Shown one piece after another: positions 55,747 to 64,000 of a DNA stretch of 64,000 nt. A program made the position numbers and the translations under genes. Origin of the DNA: Eledone cirrhosa (Eukaryota). The stretch lies in assembly GCA_964016885.1 (NCBI GenBank), contig OZ024747.1:58032001-58096000 (forward strand), given 5' to 3'. The notes below the pieces were generated by a model. It worked only from the letters and a program-made list of their open reading frames with translations. It was not told where the DNA came from and did no database searches. Numbering within the stretch: position 1 is the stretch's first letter; every line of letters starts with the position of its first letter.

Positions 55747-56327
55747 GATATAAACATATATACATATATATATATATATATATTGATAGACTTCTTTCTC
55801 TAAACTCTTCTTTTCCTTTCTCTCTGCTCTGTCGTGATTAGAAATGTATTTTTAAATGGAAGACACAACGTGTGAATGTCGTTCATATTTATTTCCAAGT
55901 CATGTCTTTTTAGCGTCCATTTTATTCCTTTCTTTTTGTTCGTAATATTACTTGTGTTTCACTTAATACAAACCGTGTGTTCATATTTGTTTATAAATAT
56001 ATGAATAGTGTGTGTTTCTTATCACTTCTTTTTTATTTGTCTTTTCCGTGTAGTGCTGTTAATTGCGTGGTTGTGATGACTGCTTATTGTCGTACGTTCG
56101 TATTTTAGGTATATTTCACATATATATGTAGATAGATTGGTGGACAGTCAGATGAATCGCTAAGAAATTACAGATATAGATGCATAGATGAACAGGTAGG
56201 TTTCTTTTATTTTGTTTTAAATAAACTTCAGTATGATATTGGGCGTTATCTTGCCATATATTGTTTTTCTTGTCCCTTATTTATTTAATGTTGTGTTTGT
56301 TGTTGTGCATACGTGTGTCAATAAATG

Positions 56328-56329
<2 letters not shown>

Positions 56330-56358
<29 letters not shown>

Positions 56359-56387
56359 TTGTGTGTGTGTATATATGTATATATATG

Positions 56388-56486
<99 letters not shown>

Positions 56487-56509
56487 ATATGTATATATAT
56501 ATATGTGTG

Positions 56510-56582
<73 letters not shown>

Positions 56583-56607
56583 GTGTGTGTATATATGTAT
56601 ATATATG

Positions 56608-56662
<55 letters not shown>

Positions 56663-56677
56663 ATATGTATATATATA

Positions 56678-56710
<33 letters not shown>

Positions 56711-56740
56711 GTGTATATATATATATATATACATATACAC

Positions 56741-56832
<92 letters not shown>
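56330..56832. repeat. Compound (TA)n/(TG)n/(CA)n microsatellite with higher-order duplication
   Basis: Directly visible; source of the 190-224 aa YI/CV/HT pseudo-ORFs. Confidence 0.97.
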
Positions 56833-56837
<5 letters not shown>

Positions 56838-57141
56838 GCATGTGTGTGTACAGCAAAGGTTTATCTTGTTTTCTCTCTCCATTTCCGGCTAGATTAGATT
56901 ATTCTACCGTTATATGTAAAAGAAATTCAGTGTAAGAAACCTCCGCGGCAACGTGAGTTTTCTTCTAATTGTTTGTCGTCGTCTGCCTGTTCACTCTTCC
57001 CTTTCCCCATCCTCATATTCTTCTTTTATATGTTGTGTTTTGTATTTTATTTTACTTAATTTCTTTCTTCTTCTCCATAGTGATACGGTGCCATTATTAT
57101 TATCATGTTCATCATCATCATCATTAGTATTATTATTATTT

Positions 57142-57318
57142 TGGCAGTATCAGTAGAGAGTCGGACACCATGCTTTCCAGCATGGTTAAGTCCCTTTACG
57201 GTCTGAGTTCAAATCCCGCTGAGGTTGGTTATCTTTGCCTTTCATCCTTACGGGGTCGTTAAAATAAAGTACCTGCTATGCACTGGAGAATTGCTATCTC
57301 GTGCCAAACGTAGAAACA

Positions 57319-57320
<2 letters not shown>
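57142..57320 (+). mobile_element. SINE, major family; its (TTA)n tail hosts the LINE
   Basis: Collinear with the 43605 copy. Confidence 0.85.
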
Positions 57321-57372
<52 letters not shown>

Positions 57373-57586
57373 GGCGACCTACGTAGGAAATGGTATCATC
57401 GTGAGCTCCGCAATTGTTTGTTGTTTTCGTTTCTTTAAAATTGCCATTTATGGAAAATTTTTGTTGTTAACTGTTTATAAAGACACATAATTTGCTTTCG
57501 GAAAAGGACACTCAAAAAGATTGGGGACTTGAGCCCAAAATTTAAACTTTTATAATTATCAAACAAAATATTTCTTTGAAAAAATC

Positions 57587-59400
57587 ATGTACGACTCACA
57601 GCTACACCAAGCAACTGAGGGCCTTCCTCACAAACTAACACCTCACACCAATACCACAATTTTAAATATTACTACGTTTGCCAACACTAAAAATATAAGC
57701 AGTAGCAATAATTTAAATGTGTCTCATGCAGACATTCATTTCCCGCCATTACCAATGACTGCAGGTGTTGAAGCCGCCACCCGCACCTCCACCACAGCGA
57801 CAACAGAAACAAAAGAAAAAATAAATTATCTCGTGACATCGAAATGGATTCACCCAGAATCGAGTCTTTCACACCGAACACCACTGACGCCACCACCACC
57901 ACAACTGAAACTAAAAAGAACAATAACAAAAGTAACAATAACAGCAACAACAACAATGAGAATAACAACATCGTGTCATTTGCCAAAGCAGCCAAACGAT
58001 GCGAAACAATCCAGGTAAGTCAGGAGGAACTAGATGAAGCCAAGAGTAAAGAAAGATGGGTACAGGGAAGCCTCACCCCCCACCACCAAATAAAATGGAG
58101 CATCGGCGCCTATGCACCGTGTCTTATCGGACGATTAACATAAAATCGCGCCGAGTGGAACGGGCATCCGAGTCCCAAATACAAAATGCTTTGGGACATG
58201 TGTGGGCAAAAAAACCCACATCAGACGTGGGTAGAAATATGGAACCGTGGACGTGTTCTTTGGAACACCACAGAAGGCCAGAGAGCACTCCATGGCCCCA
58301 TTAAGAAACGACGACTTCACACTCGTCCCAAGCTATTGAGACTCGTAAAGATCAGGGTGACCCACGTTCCACTGGCCATTGAAATTCCCTGGCTAATGGC
58401 TGCCGTCCTCGCCGGCATCGAGGCCAACACCAAAATAATAGAAATAGCAAAAGAAAAGCAGGGGAACTGGTCCGGATCTGGAATGGAGCTCCTGATCCAA
58501 GCTGACCAAAAAAGCCACCTCACCGTAATTGTCGAGGGTAGAAGGCCTAGGTGTATCGTTTGTGGTGAAGGAACCCACCTAAGGGCTTTCAGCCCTCAGG
58601 CTAAAAAGTTGAGGCCACCTCTCTTACCCACCCAAGTGACTCAATCATCAACACAACCAGCAGCAGAAATGGCAGCACCACCTGTAGCAGCAACAACAGA
58701 AGCAACTGTAGCAGCAACAACCCCAGCAACAGTAGCAAAACCAACACCACCATCACCCAACGCGCCAGAACTAGCACCAGCGCCTACACATCCACCATGC
58801 CACAACCAAAATAACGCCTGTGGAGGATTTTCCACTCCCCGACCTATCGCAACTGGAGACAGATTGTGCCGACGAGGAGTGGGAAACGGTATCAGAAAAA
58901 AAGAAAAAAAGAAAAAGAAGCCAAAAAAGAAAAAAAATTCTCTTCCTTCCCGCTCCAAAAACAAAATACAGAAGGAAACAAATAAACTATCAAACAAAAA
59001 AGTTAGGACAGCAATGCCACCATCCACACCAGCATCACCAACCCCATCACCACAAACACAAATACCATCACCATCATTAACCCCAACACCACTATCACCA
59101 ACACCACAACAGTCACCAAAAAGCGAAACAGAAACAAACCAACAACAAACGCAAACAAAAAAAAACAAAAACGATACACACTACACAGCATTATATTTGA
59201 ACAACAACCATTTATTACACTACATCCAACACAACACCAGCATCACAGAAAAAGACTACACAACAACCTCCACACATACAAATCACTCGCATCACACAGA
59301 AAACGTACACGACACTAAAACAAAAATTCTCCAAAGACATCGGCGACTTCCGACAAGCCCTCTCCAGGAGGATTTATAAGGACATCACCATATTTCCTCT
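57587..59400 (+). pseudogene. LINE ORF1 (gag-like), frameshifted
   Basis: Split over ORFs 57587, 57844, 58186 and 58820. RRPRCIVCGEGTHLRAFS resembles a CX2CX4HX4C knuckle with the last C mutated. Also a Pro/Thr-rich region and an EEWETVSEKKKKR basic patch. Confidence 0.7.
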
Positions 59401-59450
59401 ACGAGAAGTAAGGTAAGTGGTCTTTCCCATCTTTTCCACTCTATTTCAAC

Positions 59451-62400
59451 ATGACCTCACTCAGAATAGGCAGCATAAATGCGCGTGACTTGGGGTCGTC
59501 ATGGAAGCAGGGTCACCTGCTCAACGACCTCAGATCACTAAACATAGATGTAGGGGCCATCATCGAGACCAGAATCTCCGAAACACGGGCCTTCACACCG
59601 ATCTTCGGCGGCTACAATGTGTACACATCTCCCAGCCGTCCGGGATCGGGGGGAGGAGATGCTGTCCTTTTTCGAAGATGGTTTGGATCTCGCCATACGG
59701 GCCATCTTCCTGGACCCAGAAGGTAAGTTGGTGGTGCTGGACATGACCAGCGGAGACGGGCAAGCTTTCAGGCTAGTGGCCGTCTATGCCCCGAGTGGAG
59801 CAGGGCGGTCTGATTTCTTCCGGCGTCTGGAGATCTTTCTTGGAACGTCCCGCTCTTTAGTGTGAGTGGGCGACTGGAACGGGATCTTAGATGCACTCTG
59901 GGACAGTGTGGGATTAGCGGATAGGGGAGGAGGGTGCAAGTGCCCCACCAACCTGCTCAGGCGTTTTGAACTGTCTGACAGGTACCGATTGGATTTCCCG
60001 AATGTGTCAATGTGGACTTGGACAAACCGCATCGGCTCATCCAGATCATATCTAGATAGAGTATTTTGTAGGGAAATAGATAGGTCTAGCATAGGCTGTC
60101 CACAATTCAAGATAGTCAGCTACACGGACCACACATTCGCGATCTGTGTGCTTGAATTAGATAGGCTTCATAGACGATGACCCGGCTACTGGAAGCTAAA
60201 CGCATCCTTACCAGCGCGCAAGGCCTACAGGGACCGGATTAGCGAACTAGTTAAGCGGGCGTTGACGGGGGCCATTGTCAACAACAAGTGGTGGTTTGAT
60301 TTGAAAATAGCGATTAGAATAGAGTCGATTAGGTTTAGTAAGGCTTTAGCTATAGAGAAAAATAGAGCAGAGTGAGAACTAGTTAGAAAATTAGACGAGG
60401 CGCTTAGCAAAGGAATCGCGACCGACGTACTTGCGGCGAAATTGGCCCTTGACCAATTCTTCAATGCAAAGCACCAAGACTGCGTGGTCAGAGCTAGGGT
60501 GCGTGCTCTCAGACACGAGGGGACGAAAGCCGTTCAATGGGCCCGAGTGGCGAAGGCGCGTCGTGGCAACCTTGCCACGATCCGGTCTTTGGTGGACCAC
60601 GGCGGCCGCATGCTACTCGATCCTGGGAAAATGTGTGAAGCTTTTCAGCGACACTTCGCTCAGCTGTTCGGGGGCAGCGGCGGGCCGGATTGAGGGATGG
60701 ACTTTAGTGTCTACCTCGACGGACTGCCGCGGCTCTCGGCCACTGAGGCGGAGTGTTGCGAAAAGAGGATAACAGCCGCTGAAGTATGGGAGGCAATGAC
60801 TTGCTGCACGAGAGGTAAATCGCATGGTTTCGATGGTCTTCCCTATAAACTTTATGTCAGGCTTGTTCGGAGGCCTCTTGGCGGACGTCTACTGCAACTG
60901 GCAACACAACGGGAGAATTCCCAGCTCTGTGAGCCGAGGAGTGGTGGTGCTGCTGAGAAAGGATCCGAACAAGGATCCGAACAAGGGTTCAAGATTTTGG
61001 CCAAGGTGCTAGCAAAGAGGTTGGTGCTTGTCGTTGGTGGTCTAGGGGGAGAGGCGCAGACATGCGCCATTCCCGATACATCCATCCACAACAACCTCCA
61101 CATCATGCATTACATCGTGGAGAAGGTAGCTAGGGAACCTGGCACGGGTGGGTCCGTGATCAATTTAGATGCGTCGAAAGATTTCGATAGGGTCGACTAT
61201 CATTACCTAGCGGCAGTCCAGAGGGCGGCTGGCTTTGGGTCCGTCTTCAGAGGCTGGATTGCTGCCATCCACAGCGACATCTGCTCTGTGGTGAGAGTGA
61301 ACGGTCACCTTTCGGAACCGTTCAACTTCATGCGCTCGGTCCGCCAAGGATGTCCCCTCTCGTCCCTCTTGTACGTATTGACCATCGAGCCATTACTGCA
61401 CAAACTGGAGACATTAAGGGGGATCCCTGGCGAACTAGGATGCGGAAGATCCGTGTCAGCATATGCGGACGATGTCACCGAGGTGGTGTCGAACGCCAAA
61501 CACATCGAGGCGATCGGCACTACACTAAGAGAATACGAAGCGGTGACAGGAGCAATGATCAACCAGGAAAAGTCAGTGGGCCTGCAGCTCGGCACCTGGA
61601 GAAGCAGGTCCATGCCGTCCAACAGCGTCGTCGGGCGCTGGACGGACGGACCGGTTAAATTGATAGAGGTCTGGTCCGGTCCGGACCTCCAGACGGACAA
61701 AAACTGGGACGAGGTGACGTGCAGGGTGGCTTCTCTCACCCAGAAATGGGCGGAGAGGAAGCTATCCCTAAAAGGTCGAGTGGAGGTGGCTAACGCGTAC
61801 ATCGCGTCCGTCATCTACTACCGCCTGACCGTCGTACCTTGTCCTAAGCCCCGCCTGACTGCTTTTTGTGGAAGGGACGCGCTCCGATGGTCAGGCGGTC
61901 CATCTGCTGTCAACACCCACTACGTGGAGGGCTGGGCATGCCGTGGCTGATGATGCGCAGACACGCGCTCAGGCTACGACATCTCCACCTCTTCCTCGAC
62001 GGTGATCAGGTGTGGTCTCCGTTTGCTAGACACGTCTTTCCCCAGCTCGTCTCCTTGCCGGAGCTGCAGTCCTGGGTCAAGCGAAGACCGAGAGGGAGCG
62101 CTTGGAGACTGGAATGTCTTCAGGCGCTCACAGCCCTCGACCAATCGGGCAATGTGATCGGTGGAAATTCCACCTTGGCGTTCTATAGAGGATTAGTGGA
62201 GGGGAAGAGCGACGACGTACTTGGAGAAACTCTAGGCGTCGACGAAAATCAACTAGCCTATCTCTTCGGAAGGACTTGCGGGCCGGGACCTAAGGACAAC
62301 TTCCAGAAATCCATGGCCTGGCAGTGCTACCGAGGAGCTTTGCCAGTTCGGGATAAACTCTACAGGCATGGTGGTGCCGTCAGCCAGGCATGTCTATGCT

Positions 62401-62804
62401 TGCAGGGTGACGAAACCGTCCTGCACGCACTCGTCCAGTGTCCGAGCATTGCTGACTTGTGGGTTTATGTCGAACACCTGCTGTCACGTGTAGGACGGAT
62501 CTGGCTATCAGATGAGTCCATCGTGAGGATTGCCCCGCCCTCTTCCTTTAGCCGGGAAGGGCAGGCAGTTTCTATCTGTCTGGTGGCCATGGCGAAAGAG
62601 ATTATATGGTGGACACGTTTGAAAGGGCTGAAGACGAGCACTTACCTATTCGGTTATGCCCTGATTAACTTTTTCAAATTTCATTTGAAAATGAAAATCA
62701 GGGTAGAGAGGGAAGTGCTCTGCTCCCAGCATTTTGTTGAAAGATGGGTGAGAGAAGCAAGTATGGCCCGAGTGAATGGGCCTACTCTGAGTATGTGTCT
62801 GTAA
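59451..62804 (+). pseudogene. LINE ORF2 (APE endonuclease - reverse transcriptase - zinc finger), disrupted
   Basis: APE motifs: MTSLRIGSINAR, AIIETR, LVAVYAP, GDWN, SYLDRVF, TDH. RT motifs: LDASKDFDRV, VRQGCPLSSLLY, SAYADDVT. C-terminal DETVLHALVQC. In-frame stops (e.g. 59863, 60178, 60691), frameshifts near 59675, 60855 and 61860, and loss of the RPI.LLN motif near 60960-60990. Confidence 0.93.
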
Positions 62805-63053
62805 ATTAAAGGTGGAAAACTGGGAGAGGGCACTTGCCCTGGTGGTCAGGGTCACTGTGGCCTTTTAATGAGCTTTCTCCACAAATGTCCCTGGGAAGTC
62901 TCCCTCCTATTGGGGAATTTTTCATTGTTATTTTTTATTACATCGTCTGTTTTTTTTTTTACACGCAGAAATGCCCATTTGTACCGTCCTGTATTTTCGT
63001 GTACACTCCTTAATTTCTACTTTATGTAAACCCTTGTGGTTAATAAAGAAAGA

Positions 63054-63139
<86 letters not shown>

Positions 63140-63142
63140 GAC

Positions 63143-63322
63143 AGTGGATTGGCAGTCTCGAATGAGCATAGGCTATGTCCCAATATGTTATGAGTTACAT
63201 CCCGCCAAGGTTAAATTTGCATTTCATCCTTACGAAGTCTATATATTAAAGTACCAGTAACCAAATAGTTTACTCGACTTACCTCTCCCCGAAAAGTGTT
63301 GGCCTTGTACCTAAATCAGAAG
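63143..63322 (+). mobile_element. SINE, long variant, diverged
   Basis: ggattggcag head and core tttgcatttcatccttacg. Further decayed copies near 35435, 37282, 46540, 49993 and 52120. Confidence 0.7.
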
Positions 63323-64000
63323 CCACCATTTGTCTGATTCTAGCCACCATTTTCCTAGTCACGTGTCTGAAATGCTTTATATTAGATGGGAGATATGTGG
63401 TTAATACATCATATGAGCCTCGGTGAAGAGGTCACCCTAGATCTAACTTAACTGAAGTCAATTTTCACTTCCTTTATTCCGTGATTAATTAAAGTACTAT
63501 TCTAGTGTAGTGGTAAACATTGTACAACAATATTACGGATACATACTGACACTTTTCTATTAGTTCACGCGACAAGTCAATCTATGGCTTTCGAGGCTAA
63601 AGCAATCGCCGATTAAAATCAGCTCAGCCGACCACATATTTGCATTTGAATCTTAATGAAGGGTAAATGTTGATACCTTTAACGCACTGAGGAGGTTTCA
63701 TTTCTCAGTCATTAAAACCTGTTGAGTTTCATCTGTTTATATTAATGCAACCAAGAATTGTTAATCACTGTTTTGAAGGTTTGAAATCTCTGAACGTTTT
63801 GTCTTTCAGCAAACACATATTCTCGATCTTTGCAGGAGCAATCCGTTTTGTCTGTATTATGATATATACTTACGACTATCAAATATGATTTTTTTCCTCA
63901 CCCTTTTCGCGAGGTAAACTCAGCAGTAGTAGGTGTGAAATGTTCTTTACACATTTCTATTTTATCATTCTTATTCCTGATAGGGAAGTGTATTGGCAGG

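Larger units (their letters stand above)
57373..63054 (+). mobile_element. Near full-length non-LTR retrotransposon, L1/Tx1-type LINE, decayed
   Basis: ORF1-like region with zinc knuckle, then APE endonuclease, RT and C-terminal Cys/His finger. 3' UTR has AATAAA at 63042. (TTA)n lies on both sides. Confidence 0.93.

Noticed and set aside
56233-56935. Long ORFs (190-224 aa) and the many similar [16 protein letters not shown] ORFs across the window
   Set aside because: Dinucleotide microsatellites lack stop codons; these are not proteins.
58641-59168. 175-aa antisense ORF within the LINE
   Set aside because: Low-complexity mirror of the A/C-rich ORF1 region; no independent evidence of coding.

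Overview
Very AT-rich, microsatellite-saturated eukaryotic DNA. The (TA)n/(CA)n/(GA)n density and SINE types suggest a cephalopod, probably Octopus, intron or intergenic region (inference). I recognise no host protein-coding gene, and almost all tracked ORFs are microsatellite read-through. Recognisable content: a near full-length but decayed Tx1/L1-type LINE (57373-63054) and a 5'-truncated copy (41091-42177), both inserted in the (TTA)n tail of the same SINE family; four remnants of Penelope-like element (PLE) GIY-YIG ORFs with Naiad-like Cys motifs; many tRNA-derived SINEs; a non-autonomous Helitron nested in a Tigger-like MITE; small MITEs; and RTE fragments. The most striking hidden layer is a dense set of minimal type I hammerhead ribozymes (HHRs) from several families. 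These include a tandem 573/592-bp array whose HHR has a compensatory U3-A8 core (retrozyme-like), and numerous (TA)n-flanked fold-back palindromes whose turn points or junctions often fall on ribozyme helices. All alignments and folds were done by eye.
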